Assembly: GCA_003971905.1 (NCBI GenBank)
Contig: RSEE01000028.1
Coordinates: forward strand, 124,001 to 188,000
Direction: 5' to 3'
Length of the DNA stretch: 64,000 bases
Origin: Moniliella sp. 'wahieum'
Taxonomy: Eukaryota
Shown here: piece by piece, positions 28,281 through 42,699 of the stretch
Layout of the letters: every line of letters begins with the position of its first letter
How positions within the stretch are numbered: position 1 is the stretch's first letter
The notes under the pieces: generated by a model
Seen by the model: the letters and a program-made list of their open reading frames with translations, nothing else
What the model was told of the DNA's origin: nothing
The model's database searches: none
Translations under genes and position numbers: made by a program

Positions 28281-31200
28281 AATGTGCACCACGGCCAATG
28301 GAGCTAGGTTACCGGTTACCATCGAGCTTTACCCCACTTTATCCCACTCTCCACCTTTACCCTATATGCTCTCTCTCGCTTTCTGTCCCACTTAATTTAC
28401 GATATATATATCCGACTGCTGCTGTTGGTGATGCACTGGCGGTGGGTGCATCTTGTTCATCAAGAATCTTTCTGACATCAACACAGAGGTTGGTATGTAC
28501 AGAGGTCTGATTCATGCTACGATACGCCGTGACTTGTGTGAGCGAATGATGGTGCGGCGCCGTGACGGGTAACATGGGCTATTAGGTGATGCCACATGCA
28601 ATGGTGTGGCAGTATACACAGAGGTCACCATTGTTGGCTAGTTTGCGTGTGGAAAGAAAGAGAGAGAGCTGCTGCTTCTCTTCTTTTGGGCATTCACTGG
28701 CTCCCTTCTTCATCCATGCCAGTCTCTACTATCTCTCCTCAGGCTGTAGGCACTGTGATAGTTTGGCTGATCTCGCTCCCATTTCCAAGTTATTCGTCTC
28801 GAGCGTCTCGCACTTTCCCTGTTTCTTCCACTTCGCACAACCTTGTCCTCTGCCCTTGCTTCTTCCCCACCAACGATTGCTACACCTCTTGTCCTAGTCC
28901 CGATTCTGGTCTCCTTCGCCTTAGCCCCGACTGTGGCAGACACTAGGATATCGCTATGTGATTATGTATACAAAAGGAGACAAAAGAGAGGGGGGGGTAG
29001 TACATATTCGACAACGTAGTATCATCAACAAAAAGGGATGATGTCGTGGCCCTAGCTGGCACTATACTATGGAATCGGTAGTATATGAGGTCTGAGGACT
29101 TGGGGCCTTCTAATCGACTCATCGGGGTTGGACAAGCACGACTGAAATGACATATATGCTAGTATTCCCCACTCTTGAAACCTAGGAGAGGAGAGGGGGT
29201 AGGGAAATACACATATCATACTTGATTGGATAGGCTATTGATCTCACTGGGAATTGTTGGTAATCTTGAGACCAGCGAAATAAGGGATGGTGTTGGGATA
29301 GCACTATAGGGTCCCAAGAGCATAGCCGGACTCCGGCACTCCCAGCCACTTCCACACTTAGCAGCTGGCTCCGCTAGTAGTTACGCCCGAGAGGAAGTCT
29401 GGCACTCCGACGTGCCTCCTTCACTTGAAGCTCTTGAAGCTTGAAGCCTCTCGGCAGTCGTAGCCCATTAACCGGTAAGCGGTAAGCGGTAACCCGGTAA
29501 CGCGGTAACGTGGTAACGCGAACGCGTAGCGCAGGAGGCTGTGCGAGAGAAGGGAGGGTCCCGATCATTGACCATTCAATTAGTGCGGCCGGGTGACCAG
29601 TGACCTAGTGACCGGTGGCCCAAGGCGGCATCTCAGATCTCAGGATCTCAGAACAAAGGGTGCATCCGAGCGGGTAAAAGAGTACGATACAGTGCGGGAA
29701 AGATGGCGTGGTAGGGATATCTTCTCCCTCCAAAAGAGCCACCCGCCCCACCTCTCCATCACTGGCATCACCTGCATCACCAGTCTGGGGAACGACGGGC
29801 ACGACACAACGAGGGTGTCCCGTGCGCATAATCGATGATCAAGCACCGTTGCCGCATGTGCCACATGTCAAATGTCACACATGCCAATACTAAATCTATG
29901 CGTTGGACACAGTACCGTTGCCGCGTTAGCATCATGCCATGCATCATGTATCAACGTACTATATATCATCGTAGCGTAACCGCGTAACCGCGCGTATAAC
30001 CACAGAGTATAACCGGTGAGGCCTTGGGGCTTGAAGCAAATTTAACCGCTAACCACCCTTCGTCTTGGACTTGGTCAGGAGCCTGCCCCAGGCCTCAGGC
30101 CTCAGGTGGGGCCGACGCAGAAGCGCACACGACGGTGGAGACACCTAGTCTCTATAGAGAAACCAACGAATTGTCTGATGATTAATGATTCAAGTATCAA
30201 CGAGCGTATCAAAAGTCGATAACAAAAGAGAGAGGAAAAGGAGGGGAGGGCAGAAGAGGAGAGGGCATGTCGAAAAGACAAAGAGAGAAAGGGGGGGCCA
30301 TGCGCGCACGGGGGCGTAGCTTGGCGTACTAGCCTATCATATATCACCCACCACACGGAACCACGGATGATGCATGATGGGTGGCGCGTGGGACGGGAGG
30401 GTACCTAGTAACTATCGTTATACTAAGTAGCTGGCTAGCGCTACTGCCGCGCTTCCTGATTAGTACCGCCACCAATCGATCGACCTACTCAGACCTATGC
30501 GCCCAGGCGCCTCTGCCCGAGGCTTGGGCTAGATCCTAAAACGGAGGCAGCGGGGGCAGGCTATACCGGCTGCGGCCCTCTGTGCACCTGAGGCCACAGG
30601 GTCTCAGGCTTAGCACGGCTCAGCTGCTTGGAGCTGCGCAGGCGGAGTGCAAATATCAAATGCTCTCACATGCAGCTCACATGCTTCATGTTGGTCTTAG
30701 ATCTCATCGATGGAACCAAGGCCGGATGTCTTTCGAACCCGCTCTCCTGGTGGATCGATCAGAGCAGCGGCAGGGATCCTATACTAGGGATCGGCCATGG
30801 CCATTCTACCGGCCCGCTTCCACATGCATGTCAAACGTTTCAGCTGGCCCCAACTCCGACTCCGACGGGCTGCCACCGGGCCACCGATCGAGGCAAAAAT
30901 GGGACAAAGAGCGCTGGCGTGCGGGCGGCAGTTTCAAGCTGGCTTAAGCTTTGTGTCGCACGTCCCATGTCCCATGCACCATGTCACATTCATCGAAATC
31001 ATCGATAATTGATAAGGCCTGGGGCCTGGGGGGGTCTAAGATGATCGATGATCGATGATCGAAGTAGTAAGTACTTCTCCGAAGAAAATTAGCCAGTTAC
31101 TATCGACTATCACGGTAGCCGGTAACCGACGCAACCGGGAACCGGAAACCAGAAACTAGTAACTAGTCGCTCCAATTCAACGCGCAAAGACTAAGTACGA

Positions 31201-31886
31201 AGTACTAATGATTGCAATGACTTAGTCCTGATTGGAGGCCACGTAACCTGGGCGCTACCCGCCCAAACTCCGCTCTGGAACACCTGGCAAATAGACAGTT
31301 GCTACGTTGTCAACATGCCCTCGTGCGCCTGAGATCGGTGAAGATATCGTGGTGCCTCAGGACGGGCGTGGCAGGCTCACCCATGGCAGGGTGGCGCCAC
31401 GTGTGCACCACATCGGCGTTGAAGAGGCCGGCCTTACGCCTTACGCCATCGGGCCGGTCAGAATGAGGATGATCGATCGTACTCAGGGGCCCAGGCTCAG
31501 CGGCTCATCGATCATCGACATCGCCTGCCCAGCCCCTACTTATCCCCGACAGGCCGGAGGACATGCCCCATGTGCCAGTGACATATGCCAACCGCGCGGA
31601 GGGTGCTTACAGCGGCAATGTTATCCACGTACGAGTTCTTGCCCCCACTGGCTGTGTCCCCATTCTCTGGCCCGTGCCCCGGCCTGCTCGGCGTGCGTCT
31701 CTCCTCTCACTCACAGCCTTCGCCTCTCCTACCACTTCCACCACCCCTGCTCTTCTGCTCGCGCTCCAACTCATTCCCGCCCCATCCGTGCACCACAGCA
31801 CACTAGCTGCGAAGCGCCCCCACGTTCCCACACTACCGACATCTCCCACTCCCACCCTCTTGCTCCCCTGTTCCACTCCCTATCAT

Positions 31887-32886
31887 ATGTTGGGCAGCCA
31901 AGACGAGCCCCAGCGCGCCACCAACGGCGCCTTCCCCCCCGCCCAGCGCCTGGCCGGCAAGGTGGCATTTATCACAGGCGGTGCCAATGGCGTTGGTGCC
32001 AGCATCACCAAGCTCTTTATCCAACATGGCGCTTCTGTGGTGTTTTCCGACTATAACGAGAAGGCTGGCTATGAGCTGGAGAAGGAGCTAAACCAGTCGC
32101 TTCGCCCTAAGAGCGCCAGCTTTGTTCATTTGGACGTTACTTCGGAGCCAGGATGGATCAAGGCGATGGAGCAGGTACGTTGGGCATAATAGTTCCTTTT
32201 TGGTATCGAGACAGTCAACACCCCAAAAAGCTGACTGCTGAAATGCTGGGATACCCTGTGCGTACATCTGTAACAGGTCAAGAGCACATATGACCGCCTT
32301 GATGTGTTGGTCAATGTCGCTGGCGTTTTTTCCTCATCACCGTCGGTGAGCGAGACGAAAACCGAAGACTTTCAACGGGTCATGGAAGTTAATACCCAAG
32401 GCACGTTTCTTGGCATCAAACACGGCTCGACCCTCATGAAAGAGACCGCTACGCCCACCCCTGATGGGGGCGCAATTATCAACATTTCTTTCTTCGGTCG
32501 GGGGAAAAATTGCGGTGGCGCAAATGACATCCTACTGCACATCCAAGGCGGCCGTGCTGCATTTGACCAAGGCCGCCGCCCTGGATTTGGCTCGGCATAC
32601 ACCTCCTATCCGGTGTACAGCCATCTGTCCCATTTGGGTCCGGACCAAGATGTTGGACGAGGTGGAGGACCAGTTGGGGAGATCAAGGACGAGACTGCTA
32701 ACCCCATGCGGGCCGTGCTTGGGCCCGAAGATGTTGCCTTTGCCGCCTTGTTCCTTGCCAGCGCCGAAGCAAGGTTCATCACTGGCACCGATCTGTACGT
32801 CCTATCCCCCTCTTTCGAGAGGCGTGTTCGAACTGACCCTCATTTCATTGTGTAGCGTGATTGATGGTGGTTACACGGCGCAGTAA
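31887..32886 (+). CDS. Classical short-chain dehydrogenase/reductase (3alpha,20beta-HSD/FabG-like)
   Basis: RLAGKVAFITGGANGVG (TGxxxGxG), LDVT, DVLVNVAG, GAIINIS, YCTSKAA (YxxxK), FITGTDL|VIDGGYTAQ. Introns 32175-32276 and 32795-32855. Confidence 0.93.
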
Positions 32887-33276
32887 ACGTGGAGTCAGGC
32901 AAAGAGTCTTCGGTGGTTATTCTGATACACGCCAACTACTTTTTCACTCCGCTATTCAGCCAGCAACTAGAGTGACCCCAGCTTGTTTTGTTCAACTACT
33001 GTGTGTAACCCAACACCGTCTATTGCAGCAGCCAGTTCCCTCCAATTTACATTCTACTCAGCCTTTCTTCTCGCACAATCAATATAACCAAAGTTAACAT
33101 ACTGGAGGAAGTCGCCATATCCATTTGTTGTGTAAGGGGAACAAGACAGCGGAGAAATGGAAGGAAGCGGAGAGCAAAAAGGCAGAGGTGTGTTTGAATA
33201 AAAGGTACTAACAGAAAAAAAAACGTACGGCACAGGGGTTTTGGCCTGAAAGAGAGGAACCACGACAAGGGACAGG

Positions 33277-35065
33277 TCAAGCGATCAGAGCGGGCGGTTC
33301 ATTGCACTGCCCCGGGCGCAAGGCGCAGTACAAAGGCTGCAGCGGACGAGCAGCGACGCCGCGATCGGCCATGCGGAAGCGGATGTCGTGCATGCGCGGC
33401 ATGGCGAGGGTTAGGTTGCGCTTCATTTCCGTTCCCTGATTCTTGTACGATGCACCAGTCCAAAACACCTCAGCGGCCGAGGCGGCGCGCGGCCAGATGG
33501 TGGCATCGAGCGACGGTCCGTCAACCGTCTCGGACCAAAGTGCCGCCTCACCCCCCAATCCGTTCCTTGCTACCGGGAACAGCCTCGGTCCCATTGAATG
33601 GGTCATACGTGTACATCTTGCTCCACGACACATACGGGCACCAGTAAGTTGAGTTACCCGGTGCACCTGTCAACCATCCACCCGCCGTACCGCAGTCGAG
33701 GTAAAAGAAGTCGGACGGGGCCAGAATCACCTTAACCCCCGGGTTGGACTCCAGGATCTGGACGACAACCGCAGACGTGGTCCAAGCCTCCACAATCGTC
33801 CCATTGCGGAGCGACTTGCCCGTTTCAGGGAAATTGACGGCCATCTCTTCCCACAACATAGGTCTCTTGCCCAGTTGGGTTAGGGTATCATGAGCGTTGG
33901 CGACAAAGGGCTTGATGCCAGTAGCGTCAATATCGCTTGCGTTGGTAACATTGTAGCAAGCCAGGTTCACTTCATCTCCACCCGTACCAAGGAGGGGGCT
34001 TGAGAAAAGCGCAGCAACTTTGTGGAGCAAACCCGAAATGTATTGATTCACACCAGTATTGTTGAGCTTCAGCGAACCGGGAGGGGGTTCGTTGGCCACG
34101 TTCCACCACTCGGTCTCCCCACCGCACTGAAGGAGGTCAGGGCCAAAGTCTTTGACGCCCTCATACTCGTGTCCTGATGTCGATCTCCACGTTCACATTG
34201 ATACCGCGCTCAGTGGCATAGGAAATCACGCTGGCCACATCAGCCGGCGAGTAGGTCAGACCGGCGCTTGCGGCTCCCTTTTGGGCCAAGACTGCGTATT
34301 CCCCATCAAGCTCGAGCGGGAAGCTCTGCGAATCGGCAATGTGCCAGTGGAACTTTGAGAGGAAATGGGGGGTGTCAGCCAGGCCTGGTATGGTGACACG
34401 GAAAGGGTGTAGTGGGTACGTACCTGGTTGAGCTTGACAAGTGACATTGTATCGAGCTGATGTTGGATCTCTGCCACCGAATAAAAGTTGCGTGCAGTGT
34501 CTAACAGGGAAACCACGGTAGGGGAAGGCCGGCTTATCCTGGATGGTGTAGGGGGTGTTGGGAATGTACTTGGAGGAGCCATCGGGAGGGCAAAAATCAG
34601 TTGTTGGAAGGTGGTCAAGCCACGCAGCGCGCCCAGTGCCGTGTTGGCCCACACAATCGCCGCCGTTCCATCAGCGGGAACAGTGAGGTTGTACCCCTCG
34701 TCGTACTGTTCCGGAAGCTTGCTCAGTTCCCCAGCCAAGGAGGAATTATTGCAGGTGAGGTGGACCTTGACCGTGTTGAGGGCCGGTGCGCTATTAATCT
34801 CGCCCGCCTGGTCTGCCCCACGGCCAACGACGAGGGCAAGCATGTTGGAGGCTTTGATTTCGGACTGGATGCGTTGGGAGGCATTTTGGAGATCAGCCGG
34901 GGCATCGGAAGGAAGGCTGACGACGAGGTGGCCAGCGTCGACGCGAACCGTCTTCTGGCCCGAATGAACCGACGCCGGCTGCGGCCAAAGCGCGTGCGCT
35001 GTGGGCAGTATGTGCAGTACGGTGATTGCCGTAGTGAGGGTGAGGGCCAATGACGGGATGCGCAT
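33277..35065 (-). CDS. Secreted beta-N-acetylhexosaminidase, glycoside hydrolase family 20
   Basis: Signal peptide MRIPSLALTLTTAITVLHILPTAHA|LWPQP. Motifs: DEGYNL, GALRGLTTFQQL, IQDKPAFPYRG, LDTARNF, KLNQ|FHWHIADSQSFP (intron about 34353-34423), EPPPG, TGGDEVN, YLDCG, GGEAALWSE, WPRASAAAE-like, LQPLYC. Confidence 0.94.
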
Positions 35066-38000
35066 GATGGGCCCCGGTGGTGGATGTCGTGGAGAGGAGG
35101 ACGGGGCAGAAGCGCGTACGGTAGCGGTGGGGCATGCGACGGACCTGATATATAAATGGCAGCTAATATACCGCGTGCCATACCCAACACACTGTACGCT
35201 CTGGAGCTGGGCTGGCGGTGCTATTGTTCGGCTTGCTGTAGATCGTTGTCGCTGCTGCCCATGGTCTGGGGGAGCGATGGAGGGCACGGTGGCGCTGCCA
35301 CATGCCATGCCCCGTGCACGGACATGCATGGACAGAGCGCTTACCGGCGTAGCAGGCGCCGCCGTCGGAGGTATAGCCGGATGCAAATGCTTATCACTAG
35401 CTCACTCGCTGTTCTTGCGAACGCTTATCATTATCAGCGTCACCCATCATCCATCGCATGTCATGCATGTCACATGCAATCGCAGATCGCGACCCCAGTC
35501 GCAGCAGTCACAGTCACTGGAGTGTCCTCCATATATCGGCCTAACGTCTACCGTCTGCCGCCTAGCGTCTACCCCACTTCACACTACCAGTGGCAGCTAC
35601 TTGGCGCCAGCATCCACAAAGCTCCCCCAACAGCGGAGAAAGCGCCTGTTACTACATGTTACAAGTATCGGGCCCAGCCCAACACCACTCATTGTAGTAT
35701 AGTGGCTGTCAAGACAGCACAGCAGCCCCTGTGTGCCAGGGCCGGCGTGTGCCATATGGTCTGCCCACAGGTACAGGCAGCTTGGCCATTCGAAATCAAG
35801 ACGGTTCCAGTCCTCCATCCTCGCCTAGGCAAAGTGTGAACACCGAGACGAAGACCAGAAGCTGAAGACTTCAAGCTTCATAGTCGCCGTTCCTCTCTTC
35901 CCAAAACGAGCGCGTAGTCTTTCTCTCCCCATGGCACTCTGCTCTGGAAACTATACGTACTGTTTTTGAGCTGGGTCCGCTTTCACTTTGTGTTGTAGTA
36001 GCCCTGCAGATCACAACTCGGCGCGCTGGCTCCGCACTGATCCCTTGTTGCCCTTTGCCGACTCTCCTGTCGATGGATGGAGAGCCGCTCTGTACTAAGG
36101 ACGTCTTGATGGGGGCAAGCGATCAACCGTATGGGGTGCGAATTCTTCGTCCCACAATCGCTGAAGAGCCGAGGAAGCCAGAAGAATGGGAGAACACACA
36201 TCTTTCTCAAAGCCCATATGGACAGATACAACCCCATTTAGGCCTTTTTAGTTGTTGGGTTTTGCAGCTCCCGTCGTCTCCCCAACAATCGAAAGAAGCC
36301 AATGAATTGATGAAGTAGCCAGCAGCTTATCATCTTCTGTCTAGTTGCTTGGCTCTTACAAATCGAGAGAGGTATAGCGCTGGCAGATCCGTCTCGGATG
36401 GACGTGGTATTAGACATGTGAGCAATGAACCATTTCTAACGAGAATCTTCATCATCTAGTTCTTTGTAACAGTCAAACATCTTCTTGTGGTATAGTATCC
36501 TAGTTGTTGTATAATGTCCTCGCATGACCTTTGCCATACGGAAAATTGAAGGCGAAGCAGATGGAGAATGTGTGTGGCTCCGACGAGGGGTACACAAGGC
36601 GACTATGAGAAGGGTAGGTCTCATATAGCCGACGACGGTACTGGAGAGCAGTGAGGCTAGTGAGGCCAGATGAGGAGTCCTGCCGCCATATGATCAGTGG
36701 AACCTGTATCATGCAGCTGAAGATGGTATATCATTGGGGCATCGCCCCAACATATGGGTCTCAGGTACTTGCGTTCTCCAGTTGCAATCAGGATGCTGCA
36801 GTAGGCGATAGAGCTCCATTGCACTGACGCATCATGGGGCGGACATCTCCTCTGTGGTGTCCCGCCATCAGGAATGCATCCCTGTTGGTATTCCTCTTCT
36901 TCCGAGTCTCCTAATTGGCTAACTACGGAATGGCTATTGCGGCGTTAGGGCCGAGGATCTTAGTGTGTGATCGTCGACTGATGGGCATCCGTGCGCGGTG
37001 CGTGGAACTGCCGCGCCACTTTTACGCTGGGATGCGGCGAGAGAGAAGCCATTCATTCATTCACTTAAGGAAATCGGCACACGTTGCTGGTACGGAGGGT
37101 CATGACATACAACACACTCTTCTTCGCTCACTGTTAGGGCCCCACAGAGGGAAATAGATGATGAACTTTCTCAGAGATCCCAGCCACTCTCCCGGCTGCG
37201 TCCACAGAGGGAGAAGAGAAGGAGGAGAACGAGGCATAGTATTAATGAGCCTGCTTCCCCAGCGGTGTCCTAAGTGCTGTTATGCAGTGGTAGAGGGAAG
37301 ACAGGAGCTGGGTTGAACCCAGACTGAAGAAGAGAAGAGGAAGAAAGAGTGGCACAAGACCAGAGGATAGGGATACTGGCGTGGTTCCTGGATCTGGAGG
37401 AGGGTCAGAGTGACCTCGGAGGTGGCTGGCCTTTAAGATCCTTGCTCGAGAAGGCGCGGCGGAATTCAATCTGGAGCGCGCGAGTCGCGAAGCGCTTTAC
37501 TACAGCCAGTTCCCTTTTTGCAAGCGCTCGCAGATAGGATCGATAAAGCCATGTGATGACCGGATCCCGATGCCAAGCGAGACAGCAATCAAGAACTGGA
37601 GGTCAATAGACGATAGGGATTGATTGCTGGTCAGCGATAGTAGAGATAGCAGAGAGGGAGGAGGGAGTGGAAGGAGGGAAGACTAAGAGCTACGGCTGCC
37701 GAGGCTTCTAGAAAGAGGCATGTCGGACAGCCACACTTTCTCCCCCGAGCGGAACTAGCGGAGCTAGCTGCTGGATCGAAGTGGCCGGGAGCGCCAGAGT
37801 CCGGCTATGCTCTTGGCACACTGCACTAGTGTCCCAACGCATGCCAAGTGGCGTGTCAGAGATGCCACCCCACTTCAACAGCTTCAACAGGCATATGGCG
37901 GCTGGCGGTTATTAATTACCACAGTGACGCGCGAGTGATGTGGGCCGGATCGGCCTCGGCACTTCGCGCGAGGTGGGGAGTGTGATACAGCGTCACTGCC

Positions 38001-38316
38001 CCGGCTCGGCGGCTTGCCTGACCGGGAGAATCACCCACTGTGATGAAAATCGTTGCGTGAGATATTGTAACATCCAAATCAGGTAGGTTAGATTATCTCT
38101 CAACCGAGCGCCTTCAGTTTGCGCACAACTCTGACTGGGTTACTTGGCTTCTCTCTACCACCCAACCTCCTTTGCTTCCTCCTGGTGAGGAACCCCATTG
38201 GCAGCACCCTTCCATTGTGGCCGGTCCGCATTGCCCTTACTCTCTGTACGTTTTGCCTCCCTCCATCGCCCCATGTCCAACAGTGATAGTGGCTGACTTG
38301 AACTTGCTCGTTCAGG

Positions 38317-40610
38317 ATGAATCCATACAGCGAGTACCTTCCTCTTGGAGACGATTCCCTCGAAGAGGCGACTCCCCTGGTGGGAGTTGCCCCAGTGGAA
38401 GGGTTGCACGCTGCAATGGCTCGGTACCGGATGCCGGGCCAACTGGATGATTCCGATAACGAGTTGCAGTACGTGTCGCCTTGTGGGGACGATACAGAAT
38501 CCGATTCCGATTTTTCGCTGGCCGGAACATCTCCTACCGGATTCTCTGGGTCGGTCGCATCCCACGCAACGATGCGTACTGAAGCTACTACTCCCGATTC
38601 GCCAACCCACTCCCTCCCGAAGGCCGATTTGTACCCCACCACCCAAGCTAGCCCTAAGCGCAAGTGGGCCACATTTAGCCTCCCGTCTCCCAAGGACAGT
38701 TCGGATGCTGTCTACCAGCTGTGAACCCGGTGCTTTCTCTCGGTCTAGTTGGAATGGACAAGGGTCCAGTCACTCTTCCATCGCATTCCACTCCCATCCT
38801 CGGTGCTGGCGCAGAGAATTGGTCCGTCGCCCCTACTCACACAGGTGCGACGCCCAACGAGGGAGAGATGGTACTGAACGAAGACGATGGCGAGGAAGAG
38901 TCCAAGTTTCGCCGTCTAGAGCAGAGCCTCAATTTGCTGTTTGTAGATGGCGACGAGGCGAGCTCTGACATGAGCCAGCCGGCCACAGTGGAGCATCGCC
39001 CTGTGCTTCTCTTTGGCTCAGAGAAAATCGTTGTCGTATTCCGCAGCCCGGTTCTGCCCGATGCTCAGACCGCCTCGGTGGCCAAGTTTGACTCCCCTTC
39101 AATGGGGGACACCCCTGATATCTCCTCTGATGCTAAGGACGAGGCAGTTGAAAGTACCAAACGGGCTGTACTCAGTCCCCGCTTCAGGCCAACAGGCTGC
39201 TTGGTTTCCAACCTGAAGTGGATGTGGTGGTAGCTACTGTCGAAGATGCGAACGAGGCGGCCCTTCGTGCATTGTGCTCGCCTGGTGTGGAAGACTTGGA
39301 TTTCAAGTCGGCCCCTCCGCTTGAGCCTGCCATGTCCCCAGCCGACCTCCGACACTGACCTTACGACTTTCCTTCTCTGCGATGTGATGGATACGTCGAC
39401 CACGGCCGATGACAGTATGTTCTCTGCTGTCACACATCAAGATGATGCGTCAATGACTGGGGATGTGAGTCTAAACTTTGGCCCCACTGCTGCGTCGGCA
39501 AGCCAGTCTGGCCACTCGGTGCTTCTCGTCCGCGGCCGAGAACGTACCGAACAAACCGGAAAATGCACCGTTTGCCAATTCGGATGTACCGGTGGTGGTC
39601 CCCAAGCGGACGGCGACAATGAAGCCTGCAGCCACGGCGCCTTGCATGTCGCTCCCAAGAGCCCTCCCCCTCCGGTTGCTAAGTCTGATCCCAGCAAGCA
39701 AACACGCTTCCACCTGCCCATTCGTTCACAGAGCATCCGCGAACAGCGAACGGCGCAAGTGGACCGTTTCCTACATTGACTCAACAGCCCGTGGCGTACC
39801 CCGTTCGCCACCGCGGCCAGGTACTGTACTGGACCGTGCCCGTTTCGATGCCAAGCCCACGAAGAAGAAGAACAATGTCTCCCTCCTCTCCCTGCAACGG
39901 ATGAGGTGAGCTCTTCGCGCGAACGCTACCCAACTCTCACGACCCTAATTCCTAGCTACGTCGAGCCTGCCAAAACCTCCGCTGAGGCTGAGGAGGCCAA
40001 CAAGAGCCAAGGGCCCGGCCAAGCATACGAGCCCACAGCCGTGTCCAAGCCCAGCCTCGACTTACTGGTCAACATCAAGCAGGCAATTCCAAGGCCCAAC
40101 CCCTGACCAAGAAGAATGACAAGACGAAGGATGACTCCAAGAAGGCGGGGTGAAAGAGACGGCTCGCAGTAGTACTACTGAGACGGAAGATCGGCTGAGC
40201 ATGTTGCGGGAAGCGATTGCGTTGGCCCAGGAAGAGGTCGGCCGTCTTGAGAGGCAGAGAGGGCCATGGGTCGGAGCCATGGCAACAAGGGAAGCAGTTC
40301 GTATCGAGTCTAACGTCCAAGTCGCGTAGTAAACCAGCGGCCTCCAAGGAGACAAGGAGCTGGGGCTCCGACCGCGCCCAAGGGTCTTCCAAGACCAAGG
40401 ACAAAGCGACCAAGGACCTCGTCTACTATCGGGCACTGTCTACGCTCTTCCTGCCTGAGCTGAAGAACATGTGGATGTGTTTTGATGGGCGAGTACACCG
40501 TTCATGCAGCAGCATCTATTACCATCTGTGCGAGAACGACGATGTTTTGTGGATACCTACCGACCCGACAAGTGCAGATCCGATTTTACGTGTGTGTAAA
40601 TGCATGATAT
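38317..40610 (+). CDS. Hypothetical low-complexity protein (frameshifted chain of ORFs)
   Basis: Consecutive acidic, S/D/P-rich ORFs (38317-38724, 38721-39233, 39478-39909, 39906-40106, 40217-40654) on one strand, with a coiled-coil-like segment (LREAIALAQEEVGRLERQ). No recognisable domain. Confidence 0.4.
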
Positions 40611-40912
40611 CTTCCGCGTGTGCTGGACGATTCGAAAGATCCACGTGTAACTAGAATGGGTTGGTGACTTGGTGGTGGTGGTGAGGGGGGGGCGCCAAAC
40701 ACTGTTAGATATGCGCGCGAGCTGGGTGGCAGATGGTGGGCAAACAACAAGCTCTGCTGTCCTTCCTGTCCCTATATAATGAGCATTGAACGATGCAAGC
40801 CACGCTACATGTGGGGGTGCCCAAAACACTGCGCCGGCATTTGCGATTTGAAATTGAGTCCTCGGCCGATGGTGCTGCAGGCCGCGATCCGGATGGATGC
40901 CGCATCGCCACC

Positions 40913-41695
40913 ATGGCCCGGACAAGGAAAGCAGCCGTCTCGCCGCCGTCGCCCCAGCCCACGGCGGAAGCCTCCTTGCCCCCGTCCGACCCCTCGCCTC
41001 CGACCGCATCCGAGCCCCCCCCTGCGCCCACGCGCACCCTTGCCGATCGGCGAGCGGCGCTCGAGAGGCTGAAGGTGGCCAAGGGCAAGGCCGGCCGGGC
41101 CAATGCGAAAGCACTGGCCGCGTCCGAGTCCGGATCCAAGAAGGCGCCCATGGGCAGGATGAACGAGCACAAGGCACGTAAATTGGAGGCAGCTCAGAAC
41201 GAGCTGGACCGCCTCGAAGCTGAGGCGCGTGGGGAAGATGCTAGCCGGTTGGCCCATTGGAACTACTCGGTCGAAGAGACGGAGCGCTGGAATGCCAAGA
41301 TGGACGTCAAGGCTGCCGTGCAAGATCAAGGCGCAGTGGATCACGGTACGGCAGCAGAGCGGGCGTATGCGCGAAAGGTGCGCGCGCTCCCTTCACAATC
41401 CAAGTCCATTGCCAAGAAGGATGAGGAGGCTGAGGAGGCTGAGGAGGCTGAGGAGGCTGAGGAGGGGTACGGCTCGCACGCACCCTCTGCTGACGCAGTG
41501 GATGCTGTCGTGGAGCACATGACTGCAGAGGCAGCCAACCGGGCCTCCCGCAGCCGCAAACGTGCTGCAGACCCCGAGGCCGAAGTCACTTACATCAACG
41601 AACGCAACCGTCAGTTCAACGACCGCGTCGCCCGATTCTACGATCGCTACACCAAGGAAATCCGGGATAATCTTGAACGCGGCACTGCACTTTGA
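40913..41695 (+). CDS. SYF2: Pre-mRNA splicing factor Syf2
   Basis: HWNYSVEETERW, AAERAYARKV, SRSRKR, and the conserved C-terminus VTYINERNRQFNDRVARFYDRYTKEIRDNLERGTAL*. Intact ORF from ATG 40913; internal (GAGGAGGCT)n repeat at about 41423-41464. Confidence 0.93.
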   Translation: MARTRKAAVSPPSPQPTAEASLPPSDPSPPTASEPPPAPTRTLADRRAALERLKVAKGKAGRANAKALAASESGSKKAPMGRMNEHKARKLEAAQNELDRLEAEARGEDASRLAHWNYSVEETERWNAKMDVKAAVQDQGAVDHGTAAERAYARKVRALPSQSKSIAKKDEEAEEAEEAEEAEEGYGSHAPSADAVDAVVEHMTAEAANRASRSRKRAADPEAEVTYINERNRQFNDRVARFYDRYTKEIRDNLERGTAL

Positions 41696-42699
41696 ACATT
41701 CATCTCACTCTCCATGTGCTTCGTACTTCCACATGATCCACAGGAATCCACAGCTAGAACACTAGATTCAACGTCATGTTTGGGTGGGAACTGACGGGCT
41801 TGGGGAACGTTTCACTAGAGGGGCCCTTAGGCCTTAATCGAGGCCACCTCTGTGAGGCAACCCGGCATGAAGAGAAATAGTCACTTGCAGATTAACCCAC
41901 CAGAGATGATTTCGACCACAAGCCCATCAGTCAGGTAGGGATATGTGTTTTGAGATGGAGATTGCAAAGCCGAGCCAGGCCACAAAGATGAAGCTGAAGG
42001 AGGAGAAGAGATGGCCAGCATTGATAAAGTGGAGAGAAGGACTGGTTTTCAAAACAACAGAAGAAGCCGGGTATGCTAGGACCAAAACAAGAACTAGTGG
42101 GAAGCTGAACGAGTGTGTGGGGAGCACCGGACCGTAGAGGGGAGGGGGGGCAAAGTATGTTGTCCCCCCGGTTGACTGTTGCAGACCAGTGTGCGATAAT
42201 GGTTTGATAGGTTTGTACCCGGCCATTTGTGGAGGGTGTGGAGGCATGCACACAGGATGCAAGTACTCCTTAAAAGTGTTAACGAGGCGGAACACAGCTA
42301 TGATGACTATACGAAGGAGGGGAAGCAGTCCACGCTGCGAAACCGGAAAGTAGACGGGGATATGAAATGAGGTACACGGCTCATGAACTGCTGTGTGTTC
42401 CTCGTAGTGAGAACATGAACGATCCGGGTTGGAAGAGAATAGAACGTAGTCCATAGCGCTAGCCATGCAGAGAGCAGCAGTTCAACAGCATGGCCTTTTG
42501 TGTCGGGTGACACAATGTGATAGGAGCCGTGGTGCTGGCCCCCAGACGGCGGAGGGAAAAAAAGGAAGAGGGGAGGGTCCAGCCCTGGCATCGAGGATGA
42601 GAACAAAAGCGACAGAACATATCCTGTTCTCGTTGGGGGAGAACCTGAGAAAGCAAATAAATAACGAGCTACTCGCACGAGATATGGGATGGAGAAGTT

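Noticed and set aside
28950..29400. AT-richer intergenic block as a solo LTR or MITE
   Set aside because: No terminal repeats, TSD or second copy visible in the window.
35980..37560. Possible degraded gene on the minus strand (fragment EECVVCHD near 37110)
   Set aside because: Many stops and no complete RING or other domain; cannot be supported.
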